Shown: positions 34,709 to 45,661, numbered from the stretch's first letter. The stretch is DNA of 56,768 bases from Burkholderiales bacterium (GCA_046715035.1 JBKJZR010000314.1:1-56768); one strand, 5' to 3'. Program-made: numbers and translations. Notes: generated by a model not told the origin, from the sequence alone.

Positions 34709-35329
34709 ATGAAATCGAGTGCGGCAATCGCGATTCTGCTGGGCGCCATTGGTGTATCGCCCGCGTTCGCGCAGTCCGCGATGAAAGTGGATCCGGCGCA
34801 AGGTCAGGCGATCGTCGCCAAGTCGTGCGTCGCGTGTCACGCTGCCGACGGCAACAGCCCGAGTCCGGCGAATCCCGTCCTCGCCAGGCAGCATGCCGAT
34901 TACATCGCCAAACAGCTTGCCAACTACCAATCGGGAGAGCGCAAGAGCCCGGTCATGATGGGCATGGTATCCACGCTTACACCGCAGGACATGAAGAATC
35001 TCGGCGCCTATTTCGAGGCGCAGCAACCCAAGGCGCGCGCGGCGCGGGACCCGCAACTGGTGAAGCAGGGTCAGCAGATCTACCGCGGAGGCATCGTTGC
35101 CAAGGGTCTTGCCGCTTGCGCTTCATGTCATGGTCCGAATGGCGCAGGCATTCCGGCGCAGTATCCGCGTGTCGCAGGCCAGTATCCGGAGTATCTGTCG
35201 GCGCAGCTGCTGGCGTTCCGCAGCGGTGAGCGCACCAACGATCCGAATCAGATGATGCGGGCCATCGCGGCGAAGATGTCGGACGCCGAGGTCAAGGCGG
35301 TGGCGGAATACATGGCTGGACTGCGCTAA
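34709..35329 (+). CDS. Dihaem cytochrome c4
   Basis: It has a signal peptide and two CXXCH haem-binding sites (CVACH, CASCH), each followed by a Met-containing loop. Length is 206 aa. Confidence 0.9.
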   Translation: MKSSAAIAILLGAIGVSPAFAQSAMKVDPAQGQAIVAKSCVACHAADGNSPSPANPVLARQHADYIAKQLANYQSGERKSPVMMGMVSTLTPQDMKNLGAYFEAQQPKARAARDPQLVKQGQQIYRGGIVAKGLAACASCHGPNGAGIPAQYPRVAGQYPEYLSAQLLAFRSGERTNDPNQMMRAIAAKMSDAEVKAVAEYMAGLR

Positions 35330-35358
35330 ACGACTCGCGCTTCGCGGACCCCGGGCGG

Positions 35359-35381
35359 GGGCGGCTGCGGCCGTCCTTTTT
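35359..35381 (+). terminator. Intrinsic terminator downstream of cytochrome c4
   Basis: The sequence GGGCGGC-tgcg-GCCGTCC forms 7 bp (one G-U pair) followed by TTTTT. The T-run overlaps the stop codon of the convergent hemL. Confidence 0.5.
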
Positions 35382-36684
35382 ACCGGGCCAGCGTTGCGGC
35401 GTGCGGCTGGGCGCTGAAATAATCTCGCGCTGCGGCGATCGTCGTTTCGATCTCGGCGCTGCCATGCGCGGCGGAGACGAATCCCGCTTCGTACGCCGAC
35501 GGCGCGAAGTAAATGCCGCGCTCGAGCATGGCGTGAAAAAAACGGTTGAATGCCTGCGCGTCGCATTGCATGACTTCGGCGTAACTCGTGGGCGGCGTCG
35601 CACGAAAGTACAGCCCGAACATGCCGCCGATCGATTGGGCGCTGAAACCTGCTCCGCACTCGCGGGCGGCACTGGCCAGCCCTTCAGTCAAAGCGCGCGT
35701 GCTGGCCTCGAGGCGCTCGAAAAAACCGGCGGTATCGACGAGCTTGAGCGTTGCCAGGCCCGCGGCGACGGCGATAGGGTTACCGGACAGCGTGCCGGCC
35801 TGATAGACGGGACCGAGCGGCGCCACGCAACGCATTACCTCACGCCGGCCGCCGAATGCGCCGAGCGGCATGCCTCCGCCGATGACTTTGCCGAGCGTGA
35901 CCAGATCCGCGGTTATGCCGTAGTGGCCCTGCGCCCCCTGCGCGCCGACGCGAAAGCCGGTCATGACCTCGTCGAAAATCAGCAGTGAGCCGTGCTGCGT
36001 ACACAGCGCGCGCAGCGCCGCCAGGAAATCCGGCCGCGGGGCGACCAGATTCATGTTGCCGGCGACGGGCTCGACGATCACGGCAGCGATTGCTGCGCCG
36101 TCGCGCGCAAAGGCTGACTCCACCATCGCGCTGTCGTTGTAGTCGAGCACGAGCGTTTGCGCGACGGTCTCGGCCGGCACGCCCGCCGAGCTCGGATAGC
36201 CGAGCGTGAGGGCGCCCGAACCGGCCTTTACCAGCAGCGCGTCCGCATGGCCGTGATAGCAGCCTTCGAATTTGATGATCTTCGCGCGACCGGTGAACCC
36301 GCGCGCTACGCGTATCGCGCTCATCGTCGCTTCGGTCCCCGAGCTGACAAGGCGAACCTGTTCCATGCCGGGCACGCGCCGGCATAACCACTCAGCCAGC
36401 TCGACTTCGGCGTGCGTCGGCGCACCGAAACTCAGCCCACGTTCGGCGGCATCCTGCACTGCCCGCACGACAGCCGGGTGGGCATGCCCGAGCACGAGCG
36501 GACCCCACGAGCCTACGTAGTCGATGTAAACGCGGCCGTCCTCGTCCCAGACTCGCGCCCCGCGGCCGCGCGCGAAAAAAAGCGGTGTTCCGCCGACTGC
36601 GCGAAAGGCCCGTACCGGCGAATTGACTCCGCCGGGTATGACCTGTTGCGCTGCATTAAAGAGCTGTTCGTTGCGTCGGGTCAT
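35380..36684 (-). CDS. hemL: Glutamate-1-semialdehyde 2,1-aminomutase (start 36684 ATG preferred; the track's 36717 is GTG)
   Basis: It has [27 protein letters not shown]... and the PLP lysine region FDEVMTGFR. At 434 aa, the start lies 7 nt after the thiE stop instead of overlapping it. Confidence 0.95.
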   Translation of the reverse strand: MTRRNEQLFNAAQQVIPGGVNSPVRAFRAVGGTPLFFARGRGARVWDEDGRVYIDYVGSWGPLVLGHAHPAVVRAVQDAAERGLSFGAPTHAEVELAEWLCRRVPGMEQVRLVSSGTEATMSAIRVARGFTGRAKIIKFEGCYHGHADALLVKAGSGALTLGYPSSAGVPAETVAQTLVLDYNDSAMVESAFARDGAAIAAVIVEPVAGNMNLVAPRPDFLAALRALCTQHGSLLIFDEVMTGFRVGAQGAQGHYGITADLVTLGKVIGGGMPLGAFGGRREVMRCVAPLGPVYQAGTLSGNPIAVAAGLATLKLVDTAGFFERLEASTRALTEGLASAARECGAGFSAQSIGGMFGLYFRATPPTSYAEVMQCDAQAFNRFFHAMLERGIYFAPSAYEAGFVSAAHGSAEIETTIAAARDYFSAQPHAATLAR

Positions 36685-36691
36685 AAAGGAA

Positions 36692-37342
36692 TTACGTGAA
36701 GCGGCGGCAGAATTCACGCGCCGCGACGCGGATATCGGGCGCGGTAAAGACCGCCGATAGGACCGCGACCGCGTCTGCTCCGGCGGCGATCAGGACCCCG
36801 ACGTTGTCGAGCGTGATGCCACCGATCGCGACCACGGGCAGACCCGTTGCACGGCGCGCGGCCGGCAATATCGAGAGCGGTGCGCGCACGGCGTCTGGCT
36901 TCACGCGCGAAGCGAAAAAACTGCCGAATGCAACGTAGTCGGCGCCTTGCGCGGCGGCTGACTCCGCTCGCCGCAAATCGTCATAGCACGAGACGCCGAG
37001 TAGCTGTTGTGTAGAAAGCTGCGCGCGGGCGCTTGCCGCCGCGCGGTCGTCGGCACCGACGTGCACGCCGTCGGCATCGATCGAGCATGCGAGATCGACA
37101 TCGTCATTGATGATCAGGATTGCTTCATGGAGGCGGCACACGTCGCGCAGGGCGCTCGCCTGCGCCAGCCGCAACCGCGCATCCGCCGACTTGTTGCGAT
37201 ACTGGAAGAGCCGCGCTCCTCCTGCGATCGCTGCCTGTACTTGCGCGAGCAGCAACGCCGGATCGGCGATATCGGGGGTAACCGCGTACAGGCCGGTGAT
37301 CGCGCGGCGTTTCAATTGGTCACGCGCCGCTCGCGCAGGCAT
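36692..37342 (-). CDS. thiE: Thiamine-phosphate synthase
   Basis: It has GLYAVTPD..., [13 protein letters not shown] and VVAIGGI, which are ThiE TIM-barrel motifs. It sits between thiD and hemL, as in pseudomonads and beta-proteobacteria. Confidence 0.9.
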   Translation of the reverse strand: MPARAARDQLKRRAITGLYAVTPDIADPALLLAQVQAAIAGGARLFQYRNKSADARLRLAQASALRDVCRLHEAILIINDDVDLACSIDADGVHVGADDRAAASARAQLSTQQLLGVSCYDDLRRAESAAAQGADYVAFGSFFASRVKPDAVRAPLSILPAARRATGLPVVAIGGITLDNVGVLIAAGADAVAVLSAVFTAPDIRVAAREFCRRFT

Positions 37343-37395
37343 GCCGGCAGCGAGTGGCGACGGCCGTAAGGGTACAGGCGTAACCCGGCGCGCAC

Positions 37396-38241
37396 CTACT
37401 CTGCACTTTCGTCAGCAGCAGGCTCATCCTCGCGCGCCCAGAACAGACGGTCGGGAATGTGTTGTCCCATGCCGGGGCGGAATGCCACTTTCAGCGTCTG
37501 CCACGTATATTCCTGCGCGTCTTTCACCGCATCGCTGATGCTCAGGCCGTTGGCGATCGTGGCCGCTATCGCCGAAGCGAGCGTGCAACCCGAGCCGTGA
37601 TAGCTGCCCGGCAGCCGCTCCCAGCTGTCGGTGCGCACGACGCCCTCCTGTCCATACAGCGTGTTGACCACCTGCGGCGTGTTCTCATGCGTGCCGGTAA
37701 TCAGCACGTATTCGCATCCCGTTGCCAGCAGCCGCCGTGCGCATTCGGCCAGATCGATATCTTCCTCGCCTTCCTCCTGCGCGAGGCGCCTCGCCTCGAC
37801 GCTGTTCGGGGTGAGGATGGTGGTCTGCGGCACCAGCAGGTCGCGCAGCGCTGATATCATTTCGTCGGTCACAAGCTCGTCGCCGCGCCCGGAAGCGAGC
37901 ACAGGATCGAGTACGAGCGGAATCTCGGGGTAGTCGGATACGACTTCGGCGATCGCGGCGATGTTTTCGATGCTGCCCACCAGACCGATCTTGAACGCCG
38001 CGACCGGCATGTCTTCGAGCACGCAGCGCGCCTGGTCGGCCACCCACTCCGCGTCGAGCGCCATCATTTCCTCGACGCCCATCGTGTCCTGTATGGTTAT
38101 CGCGGTGACGACCGAGAGCGGGTGACAGCCCATGCTCGAGAGCGTGATCACATCCGCCTGCAAACCGGCGCCGCCGCTCGGATCAGTTGCCGCGAACGCA
38201 AGCACGATCGGCGGCAGTGAAGACAACGTCGAAGGATCCAT
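37396..38241 (-). CDS. thiD: Hydroxymethylpyrimidine/phosphomethylpyrimidine kinase
   Basis: It has DPSGGAGLQADV, LVLDPVLASG, and the ribokinase-fold GTHE and GSGCTLASAIAA motifs. Length is 281 aa. Confidence 0.93.
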   Translation of the reverse strand: MDPSTLSSLPPIVLAFAATDPSGGAGLQADVITLSSMGCHPLSVVTAITIQDTMGVEEMMALDAEWVADQARCVLEDMPVAAFKIGLVGSIENIAAIAEVVSDYPEIPLVLDPVLASGRGDELVTDEMISALRDLLVPQTTILTPNSVEARRLAQEEGEEDIDLAECARRLLATGCEYVLITGTHENTPQVVNTLYGQEGVVRTDSWERLPGSYHGSGCTLASAIAATIANGLSISDAVKDAQEYTWQTLKVAFRPGMGQHIPDRLFWAREDEPAADESAE

Positions 38242-38310
38242 CCGCGGGTTGATTGTGAAGAGGCGGGGTGTATCGTTAGAATGGCATTTTAGCTTAAATT
38301 AGAATTCACC

Positions 38311-38499
38311 ATGACATCGACTGACGTACACGTTTTCAAGACGTACATGTGTCTGATCTGCGGCTTCATCTACGACGAAGCGGCCGGCGTGCCCGACGAA
38401 GGCATCGCACCCGGCACGCGCTGGGAAGACGTGCCGATGAACTGGACGTGTCCCGAATGCGGCGCGCGCAAGGAAGATTTCGAAATGGTGCAAATCTAA
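38311..38499 (+). CDS. Rubredoxin
   Basis: [12 protein letters not shown]...[14 protein letters not shown] contains the two CXXCG knuckles of rubredoxin. Length is 62 aa. Confidence 0.92.
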   Translation: MTSTDVHVFKTYMCLICGFIYDEAAGVPDEGIAPGTRWEDVPMNWTCPECGARKEDFEMVQI

Positions 38500-38518
38500 C
38501 CGAGCCTGGACACGCACG

Positions 38519-38908
38519 ATGAGAATACTGCATACGATGGTGCGCGTTGGCGATCTCGACCGCGCGATTCGGTTCTATACGGAAGTGCTTCGCATGAAGG
38601 TGCTGCGCCGTAGCGATTATCCGAGCGGCCGCTTCACCAACGTGTTCGTCGGTTACGGCGACGAGTCCAGCGAGGCGGTGCTCGAGCTGACCCACAACTG
38701 GGACACCAAGGCTTACGATCTGGGCAACGGCTATGGGCATATCGCGCTCGAGGTCGACGACGCGTACGAGGCGTGCGAGGAAGTAAAGCGGCGCGGCGGC
38801 CGGGTCACGCGGGAAGCCGGGCCGATGAAGCACGGCACGACAGTGATCGCATTCGTCGAGGACCCGGACGGCTACAAAATCGAATTCGTGCAGCGCAAGT
38901 CTGCGTAA
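38519..38908 (+). CDS. gloA: Lactoylglutathione lyase (glyoxalase I)
   Basis: [31 protein letters not shown]...ELTHNWD...[11 protein letters not shown]...DPDGYKIEF is collinear with E. coli GloA, including the metal ligands. Length is 129 aa. Confidence 0.93.
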   Translation: MRILHTMVRVGDLDRAIRFYTEVLRMKVLRRSDYPSGRFTNVFVGYGDESSEAVLELTHNWDTKAYDLGNGYGHIALEVDDAYEACEEVKRRGGRVTREAGPMKHGTTVIAFVEDPDGYKIEFVQRKSA

Positions 38909-38909
38909 T

Positions 38910-39683
38910 TCAGCGGCCGCCCGCGCTGCTCACGAGGTTCGAGAGCGCCACGAACTGCGACACGGCAAGTTCCTGGGCGCGTGCACCAGGCGAAACCCCG
39001 GCCGCCTCCAGTTCTGCTGCCGTCAGCCAGTCGCGCAGCGAATTGCGCAGGGTCTTGCGCCGCTGCGAGAACGCAGCGCTTACCAGCTTCGCGAACAGTG
39101 CCTCGTCGCGCGCGCGGCTTGACATCGGCGCGAGCGGCACGAGCCGCACCACCGCCGAGTCGACCGCAGGCACCGGGTCGAATGCCGCAGCCGGTACGTC
39201 GAGCAGCTTTTCCATGTCAAAGCGGTACTGAAGCATCACCGACAAACGGCTGTAGTTGCTGTGGCCATGCGGGGCTGTCATGCGCGCGACGACCTCCTGC
39301 TGCAGCATGACGTGGATGTCGCGGATATGCTCGACGCTCGCTGCCATATGGAACAGCAGCGGCGTCGAAATGTAATACGGCAGGTTGCCGATCACCCTTA
39401 GCTGACTGCCGAGTAGCGCGAAATCGATGTCGAGCGCGTCGCCGACATGCAGCGCCAGCCGGGGCAGTTCGCGTGCCAGCGCCTGAGCGAGATCGCGGTC
39501 TATTTCGATCGCCTGCATCGCGCCCGCTGCCGCGAGGAGCGGCCCCGTCAGCGCGCCGCGTCCGGGTCCGATCTCGACGAGCCTCTCGCCGCGCGCCGGA
39601 CGGATGGCCGCGACGATGGCGGCGATTACGCCGGTGTCGACGAGGAAATTTTGACCGAATCGCTTACGCGGCCGATGCTGCAC
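38910..39683 (-). CDS. rsmA: 16S rRNA (adenine1518/1519-N6)-dimethyltransferase
   Basis: It has KRFGQNFLVD, the SAM motif LVEIGPGRGALT and GNLPYYISTPLLFH. Length is 257 aa, in the conserved lptD-surA-pdxA-rsmA cluster. Confidence 0.94.
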   Translation of the reverse strand: MQHRPRKRFGQNFLVDTGVIAAIVAAIRPARGERLVEIGPGRGALTGPLLAAAGAMQAIEIDRDLAQALARELPRLALHVGDALDIDFALLGSQLRVIGNLPYYISTPLLFHMAASVEHIRDIHVMLQQEVVARMTAPHGHSNYSRLSVMLQYRFDMEKLLDVPAAAFDPVPAVDSAVVRLVPLAPMSSRARDEALFAKLVSAAFSQRRKTLRNSLRDWLTAAELEAAGVSPGARAQELAVSQFVALSNLVSSAGGR

Positions 39684-39704
39684 GCGGCTCGCCGCCCCGT
39701 GGAA

Positions 39705-40685
39705 TTACGCGCTGCCGCGCGCCAACGCAGCCGCCATCTCGACCGCGGTGCGCAGGCTGCCCGCGTCGGCCTTGCCGGTGCCCGCCAGATCGAGCGCCGT
39801 GCCGTGGTCGACCGAGGTGCGGATCAGCGGCAAGCCGAGGGTGACGTTCACGCCGCTGCCGAAGCTCGCATATTTGAGCACCGGCAGCCCCTGATCGTGA
39901 TACATCGCGAGGACGCAATCGAACTCCCGGACCCGCGCGGGATTGAACAAGGTATCGGCCGGCAGCGGTCCCGTGAGCTGCATTCCCTCTTCGCGCAGCC
40001 GCGCGAGCAGCGGCGCAATGATTTCGATCTCCTCGCGTCCCAGATGTCCCGACTCCCCGGCATGGGGATTCAATCCGGCCACCGCGATGCGCGGCACGGC
40101 CACGCCGAAGCGCGCAACGAGTTCCCGGTGCAGGACGCGCAGCGTCCGCTCGAGGCCGGCGGAGGTGATATTGCGCGCGACATCTTTTAGCGCGAGATGG
40201 GTCGTGGCCAGCGCGACGCGCAACCCGCCACCGACCAGCATCATCACCACGTGCGGCGCGCGCGTGCGCGCCGCAAGAAATTCGGTATGCCCGGTGAACA
40301 CTACGCCCGCATCGTTGATGACGCCCTTGTGCACCGGCGCGGTGGCCATGGCGCTGAAGCGACCCGCGAGGCAGCCGTCGACCGCGACTTCCAGCGTGCG
40401 CAGCACGTAGCGGGCATTGGCGGCGGCGAGCTCGCCCGGCACTACCGGCGCGGCAAGCGGCACGGCCTCGACGGGCAACGCGCCGCGCGCAAATTCCGGA
40501 TGTCGTCCAGGATCGAATGCGAGCCCCTGCCATGGCAGCCCCAATTGGCGTGCGCGCGCGGCCAGTAACTGCGGATCGGCGATGATTACGACGCGCGCCG
40601 GAAGGGGATCCTGGGCGAGCATGATGCACAGATCCGGACCGATACCCGCCGGTTCGCCGGCGGTGATCGCAACGACCGGAGCCAA
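39705..40685 (-). CDS. pdxA: 4-hydroxythreonine-4-phosphate dehydrogenase (TTG start)
   Basis: It has [27 protein letters not shown] and [13 protein letters not shown], which are PdxA motifs. Length is 326 aa. Confidence 0.94.
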   Translation of the reverse strand: MAPVVAITAGEPAGIGPDLCIMLAQDPLPARVVIIADPQLLAARARQLGLPWQGLAFDPGRHPEFARGALPVEAVPLAAPVVPGELAAANARYVLRTLEVAVDGCLAGRFSAMATAPVHKGVINDAGVVFTGHTEFLAARTRAPHVVMMLVGGGLRVALATTHLALKDVARNITSAGLERTLRVLHRELVARFGVAVPRIAVAGLNPHAGESGHLGREEIEIIAPLLARLREEGMQLTGPLPADTLFNPARVREFDCVLAMYHDQGLPVLKYASFGSGVNVTLGLPLIRTSVDHGTALDLAGTGKADAGSLRTAVEMAAALARGSA

Positions 40686-40837
40686 TGGGGCGTTGGTGAT
40701 GAATTCCTCCGCTTCATTATCGGGCTTTGCAGATTACTTGATGCCCGATCGCTCACCCTTAGGAAGCTCTGATTGAGCCTTTCTACCCATTCCAGCTTCC
40801 CCTGACATACCCTGCAGTCCAGTCAGGTGCGGCTGCG

Positions 40838-42157
40838 TTATTTCTCTTCAAGACGGTATTCGACGAACGACCTGTCGCGCAGCTGGCGCAGCCATTCTTG
40901 ATATGCTTCGTCGGCTTTCTGCGCGCGCAGCGCCTGGCGAACGCGCAGCCGCTGCTGCTGCTGCGACATGTCCTGGTTGCGGCGCTCGATCACCTGGATG
41001 ACGTGCCAGCCGAAAGGCGATCGCACAGGTGGACTGACTTCGCCTGGTTTCAGCGCATCCATCGCTGTCTCGAAATCTGGAACCGTGTCGCCCGGCGAAA
41101 GCCACCCCAGATCACCGCCTCGCGCGGCGCTGCCGTCCTCGGATTGCAGGCGCGCGAGCTCGGCGAAATCCGCATTGTTGTCGATGCGTTCCTTGAGCTT
41201 CACCAAACGCTCGCGCGCTTCATTTTCCGACACCAGCTCGGTGGTTTTGATGAGGATATGCCGCGCCCGCGTCTGTGAAACGATGAGCGGGGCTTCCTGG
41301 CCGCGTCGGTCGTTGACGCGGACCACGTGGAAGCCGTTGGGACTGCGCAGCACGCCACTCATTTCTCCCGGGCGCAAATCCTTGACGGCGTCGGCGAAAA
41401 TGCCCGGCAGACGCGCCAGTTCGCGCCAGCCCATCGCGCCGCCCTGCACGGCGTCGGGCGCATCAGAGAAGCTCGCCGCAACCTGCCGGAAATCCGCGCC
41501 CCCCTTGATCTGCGCCAGGGCCTGTTCGGCACGCGCGCGGCGTTCCTGCAGCCGCTCCGGGCTCGCCTGCTCGGGAACCTGGATGAGAATGTGAGCAAGG
41601 TTGTACTCGTCGACTTTTCCGCCCTGAGGCTGCTGCGTGGCCAGGAAATTCTCGATCTCGCCGTCTGTGATCTGGACCTTGCTGTCGATCTCGCGTTCGC
41701 GCAGCCGCACCATGGCGATCTCGTCGCGAATATCCTCGCGGAACTTTGCAAAACTTACGCCATCCTTTTCGAGCGTAGCGCGCATTTGCTGAACGGTGAT
41801 CTTGTTGTCCGCGGCGATGCGGGCGATCGCTTTCTCCAGCGTCGCGTCGTCGATACGCAATCCCGTTTCCTTGGCGTACTGCAGCTGCACGGAGTTGAGG
41901 ATCATGCGCTCGAGGACCTGCTTCTCGAGCGCTTCGCGTGCCGGCAGCGGCGTGCCCTGCTGCTTGAGCTGCGCGATGATGACCGCAAGGCGATCGTCGA
42001 GGTCGCGGCGCGTGATCACCTCGCTGTTGATCACTGCGACGATGCGGTCGAGCAGCACGACGCGGCCCGCAACCGGTTGCTGCGCGTATACCGCACCCGC
42101 GTGAATGCCGACCAAGAGCAGCCCGCCGAGCGCGAGCGCGCGTTTGAACGATGTCAT
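40838..42157 (-). CDS. surA: Periplasmic chaperone / peptidyl-prolyl isomerase SurA
   Basis: It has a signal peptide, an N-terminal SurA chaperone domain and two parvulin domains (ARHILIKT...GGDLGW; FGWHVIQV). Length is 439 aa. Confidence 0.93.
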   Translation of the reverse strand: MTSFKRALALGGLLLVGIHAGAVYAQQPVAGRVVLLDRIVAVINSEVITRRDLDDRLAVIIAQLKQQGTPLPAREALEKQVLERMILNSVQLQYAKETGLRIDDATLEKAIARIAADNKITVQQMRATLEKDGVSFAKFREDIRDEIAMVRLREREIDSKVQITDGEIENFLATQQPQGGKVDEYNLAHILIQVPEQASPERLQERRARAEQALAQIKGGADFRQVAASFSDAPDAVQGGAMGWRELARLPGIFADAVKDLRPGEMSGVLRSPNGFHVVRVNDRRGQEAPLIVSQTRARHILIKTTELVSENEARERLVKLKERIDNNADFAELARLQSEDGSAARGGDLGWLSPGDTVPDFETAMDALKPGEVSPPVRSPFGWHVIQVIERRNQDMSQQQQRLRVRQALRAQKADEAYQEWLRQLRDRSFVEYRLEEK

Positions 42158-42172
42158 GCCGTTTGCAAAAAA

Positions 42173-44503
42173 CTAAAATGAGGGGAACGGTGCGTCCGGA
42201 CGTGCCGGCTGCGCATCCTGACGGTGATACCCGGAGATGCTGCGCCGCAGCAGTTCCAAGGGGTTGGAGCCGATTTTCGACAGGCCGTTCAATTCGAGCT
42301 GCACAAATACCGAGCTCACTTCGCTGCGGGTCGCGGTCACGAAGCGGTGGCCTACCGCCCGGAACGCCCAGCAGCCGCCGTCGTATTCGAAGCCGACCAG
42401 GGCCTCGATCGTCTTGCTGTCGATCAGCGAATAATTCCAGCGCGCGATCCCTGTCCAGCGCCCGGTGATGGGCCATTGGGTCGAGACGTCGACCTGGCGC
42501 AGCGTGTTGTTCTGCTGCTGATTGGCGAGCGGCACCTGGCCGGGCGTGAGCAGCGCGCCGTGGATATAGCGATAGCTGAGATTGAGAACTTTACCGGGCT
42601 CAGGCTGATAGCGGGTCGCCAGATTGAAGCGCTGGGTCTGCGACAGGTCAGTCGTGTACTGCCAGCCCGCGTCGACCGACCAATGCGGTGCGACCGTGCC
42701 GCTGACGACGGCGAGCAGATCCGAGTTCGAGCTGCTGCGCGGCGCCACGCCGGGCAGCGTGACTTCCTGAGGCTTGAAGTAATAGCGCTGGGCAACGCCG
42801 ATGCGCAGCCGCTCGAGCCCGCTCTCTTCGTGCAGAAAGCGCGAGGTGACGCCGAAAGTCAGCTGATTGGCGTCGTTGATGCGGTCGTTGCCACTGAACT
42901 GATTCTCGGAATAAAGGGTCGCGAAACTGACGTCCTGCAGGGCGCTGTCGAAGTTCGGGATCTGATTCTGCTGGCGCGTCGGGATATATACATAGTAAAG
43001 CTTGGGCTCGAGCGTCTGGGCGAGACGCTGGCCGAACCATGAAGTCTGGCGCTCGAAAAAGACGCCCGTTTCGGTCGAGAAGATCGGCAACGTGCGGCTC
43101 TGGTCCCGCAGCGCGGTGGTGTTCTGGTCGAGGTCATAATAGGTCGTATGCACCCCGATCTTGGGCGTTACGTACGCGAATGACGTCTGCAGCGGCAGGC
43201 TCAGGCTCGGATAGGCGACCGCGCGCCGCCCATTGACGAGCGTCGGATGATTGAAATCCACATAGCTGCCGTAAACATCGAGATCCGTATAGCCGATGTT
43301 TTGCTTGGTCGCCGACAGGGAGAGCTGCGGCACCCGGTTATAGGGCGGCGTCACCGGCACCAGGGGATCGGTCTGCAAAGTCTGCCAGCGCTGCACGAGC
43401 GCCGAAAAAGTCCAGATGCCGTCGTTCCACCAGCTGCCCGACCTGCCGAGCGAGCCTTCGCGCGGCAGCAGCGTCTGCGAGGTCACCGCGATCTGCGTGC
43501 CCAGATCGGTGAAATACGTGTCGTCGGAAACCTTCTGGATATTGAGGTTGCCGACCCACCCGTTGGCCCATGCGTGGTTGTGAAGCAATGCGAGCGCGTA
43601 GCGGGTGTCGTCGTTCTTGACGCGGTCGTTGGGCAGAATCTCGAACCGCGCATTTCCCGAGTAACGATGATCGAGGTAGCGGAACTCGTTGTTGAGCTGG
43701 AGTCCGCGCTTCGACATCACGCGCGGTGTTATCGTCGCATCGTAATTGGGCGCAATGTTCCAGTAATAAGGAACCGACACGGTGGCCCCCGAGTTCCCGC
43801 TGGTGCCCACGGTCGGCGTCAGAAAGCCTGACTTGCGCTTGTCGTCGAGCGAGAAGCTCAGGTACGGCGTATAGAATATGGTCCTGCCGAGGAACTCGAT
43901 GCTGGCCCCCCGCGCGACGCCGAGCTCGCGTCCCTTGTCGATCTCGAACTCGTTGGCGCGTACGAACCAGTCGTTGTTGCCGACTTCACACGACGTGTAG
44001 CTGCCGCTGCGCACTCGGTACTTGCCCTCGCCTTCGAGCATGATCTGCTCGGCTTCGCCGCGGCCGCGCGTGCCGCGCACCTGCACTTCATACTTCGGCC
44101 GCTCGATGCTGCCGCGCTCGGTCTCGAGATTGAGTCTCAGCCGGTCGCCTTCGAGCACGTCGCCGCGTTGTTCGAGCCGCACATTGCCTCGCGCATTGAT
44201 CTCGTCTTCGGGCTTGTCGTAGCGCAGCCAGTCCGCGAACACCGCCTGCCCGCGGCGGCGCAGCCGCACCGTGCCTTCGGCCTCGATTTCCTTTTCGTGG
44301 TGGCCCTGGAGGCTGTCGGCCTCGAGGAAGAGCGGTACGGGATCGGTGTTGTCGGGCGGAATGCGAATCAGCTCGGGCTGCAGCCTGAGCTGCGTTCCGC
44401 CGGGGACGGGTTTGAGGCCGAGCGCGCTGTCCTCCGCTGCGTAACTGCTGGCGCACACGCATGACAACAGCAGCACCAGCGGTTTGACGCGGAAGACGTT
44501 CAT
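42173..44503 (-). CDS. lptD: LPS-assembly outer-membrane protein LptD
   Basis: The ATG at 44503 gives MNVFRVKPLVLLLSCVCASSYAAED (a signal peptide). An OstA N-terminal domain and a large beta-barrel follow, for 776 aa upstream of surA. The 34-aa extension in the track ORF is not signal-like. Confidence 0.93.
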   Translation of the reverse strand: MNVFRVKPLVLLLSCVCASSYAAEDSALGLKPVPGGTQLRLQPELIRIPPDNTDPVPLFLEADSLQGHHEKEIEAEGTVRLRRRGQAVFADWLRYDKPEDEINARGNVRLEQRGDVLEGDRLRLNLETERGSIERPKYEVQVRGTRGRGEAEQIMLEGEGKYRVRSGSYTSCEVGNNDWFVRANEFEIDKGRELGVARGASIEFLGRTIFYTPYLSFSLDDKRKSGFLTPTVGTSGNSGATVSVPYYWNIAPNYDATITPRVMSKRGLQLNNEFRYLDHRYSGNARFEILPNDRVKNDDTRYALALLHNHAWANGWVGNLNIQKVSDDTYFTDLGTQIAVTSQTLLPREGSLGRSGSWWNDGIWTFSALVQRWQTLQTDPLVPVTPPYNRVPQLSLSATKQNIGYTDLDVYGSYVDFNHPTLVNGRRAVAYPSLSLPLQTSFAYVTPKIGVHTTYYDLDQNTTALRDQSRTLPIFSTETGVFFERQTSWFGQRLAQTLEPKLYYVYIPTRQQNQIPNFDSALQDVSFATLYSENQFSGNDRINDANQLTFGVTSRFLHEESGLERLRIGVAQRYYFKPQEVTLPGVAPRSSSNSDLLAVVSGTVAPHWSVDAGWQYTTDLSQTQRFNLATRYQPEPGKVLNLSYRYIHGALLTPGQVPLANQQQNNTLRQVDVSTQWPITGRWTGIARWNYSLIDSKTIEALVGFEYDGGCWAFRAVGHRFVTATRSEVSSVFVQLELNGLSKIGSNPLELLRRSISGYHRQDAQPARPDAPFPSF

Positions 44504-44557
44504 TCTGGGATGGACGCAGACGGAGTGATAAAATCGCACAATTCGCTGAATTAGGCA

Positions 44558-45589
44558 ATGCGCGGCGTGGACCGACGGCAGCAACTCGAGCGCTGGATCG
44601 AACACCAGTTGAACGCCGCGCCGCTCGCGTTGGAACCGGCTTCGAGCGATGCGAGCTTTCGCCGTTATTTTCGGGTGCGGCGCAGGCCGGGCGCGTCATT
44701 GATCGCCATGGATGCGCCCCCCGAGCACGAGGATTGCGCGGCGTTCGTGCGCGTCGCGGGGCTGATGGCCGAGGCGGGAGTGCATGTCCCGCAGATCATT
44801 GCCGGGGACATCGCGCGCGGTTTCCTGCTGCTGTCGGATCTCGGCACGACCAGTTATCTGCAGGCGCTCGACGCGGACAATGCCGACAGCCTGTTCAGCG
44901 CTGCCACCGACGCCTTGTTGCGCTGGCAGCTCGCCAGCAAACCGGGGGTCCTGCCGCCGTACGACGCCGCCCTGCTCAGGCGCGAGCTCGATCTCTTTCC
45001 GACATGGTATATCAACCGCCATTGCGGCGTGACTCTGAGCGCAGCCCAGCGGCAGATGCTCGAAACCGTATTTACGACCCTGCTCGGTCACAATGTCGCG
45101 CAGCCCAGCGTGTACGTGCACCGCGATTACATGCCGCGCAACCTGATGGTATGCGAGCCCAATCCGGGCGTCATCGATTTTCAGGACGCCGTGTACGGGC
45201 CCATCACCTATGATGTGGCTTCGCTGTTCAAAGACGCCTTCGTCAGCTGGGACGAAGCGCGTATCCTCGACTGGACCATCCGCTATTGGGAAAAAGCCAG
45301 GCGCGCAGGGCTGCCGGTTGGCGCCGATTTCGGCGGATTTTACCGTGACTGCGAATGGATGGGTTTGCAGCGCCACCTCAAGGTGCTGGGGATTTTTGCG
45401 CGCCTCCACTACCGCGACGGCAAGCAGGGATATCTGGACGACACCGGACGTTTCCTGAGCTACGTGCGCGCGGTCGCCGCGCGCTATAACGCGTTTAAGC
45501 CGCTCGCATTGCTGCTCGATGAGATCGCAGCCGCCGTCTCGCCGCACGCGGTGACACGGTTTAACGATGCGTCCACCGCTGGATCGTAA
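44558..45589 (+). CDS. amgK: Aminoglycoside-phosphotransferase-fold kinase, probable anomeric N-acetylmuramate/N-acetylglucosamine kinase
   Basis: It has APH/choline-kinase fold motifs (HRDYMPRNLM catalytic loop, IDFQDA). Length is 343 aa. It is divergent from lptD and followed by a MurU-like gene, the same arrangement as Pseudomonas putida amgK-murU. Confidence 0.75.
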   Translation: MRGVDRRQQLERWIEHQLNAAPLALEPASSDASFRRYFRVRRRPGASLIAMDAPPEHEDCAAFVRVAGLMAEAGVHVPQIIAGDIARGFLLLSDLGTTSYLQALDADNADSLFSAATDALLRWQLASKPGVLPPYDAALLRRELDLFPTWYINRHCGVTLSAAQRQMLETVFTTLLGHNVAQPSVYVHRDYMPRNLMVCEPNPGVIDFQDAVYGPITYDVASLFKDAFVSWDEARILDWTIRYWEKARRAGLPVGADFGGFYRDCEWMGLQRHLKVLGIFARLHYRDGKQGYLDDTGRFLSYVRAVAARYNAFKPLALLLDEIAAAVSPHAVTRFNDASTAGS

Positions 45590-45661
45590 GGTAGCGCAGG
45601 CGTCCTCGCCTGCCATCGTTTATCCGCTTGCCCCGATGCAGGCGGGGTGCCTGGGCTGCAC

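Noticed and set aside
38242-38310. A TPP riboswitch upstream of thiD, which would be expected for thiamine genes.
   Set aside because: The spacer is only 69 nt and is shared with the divergent rubredoxin gene. It shows no THI-box core (for example a CUGAGA-containing junction). It is too short for the roughly 100-nt aptamer.
39664-40629. A 321-aa Arg-rich ORF in an alternative frame of pdxA.
   Set aside because: It is on the same strand as pdxA but out of frame with it. It has extreme Arg/Ala/Gly content and no motifs. The pdxA frame carries all the PdxA signatures.
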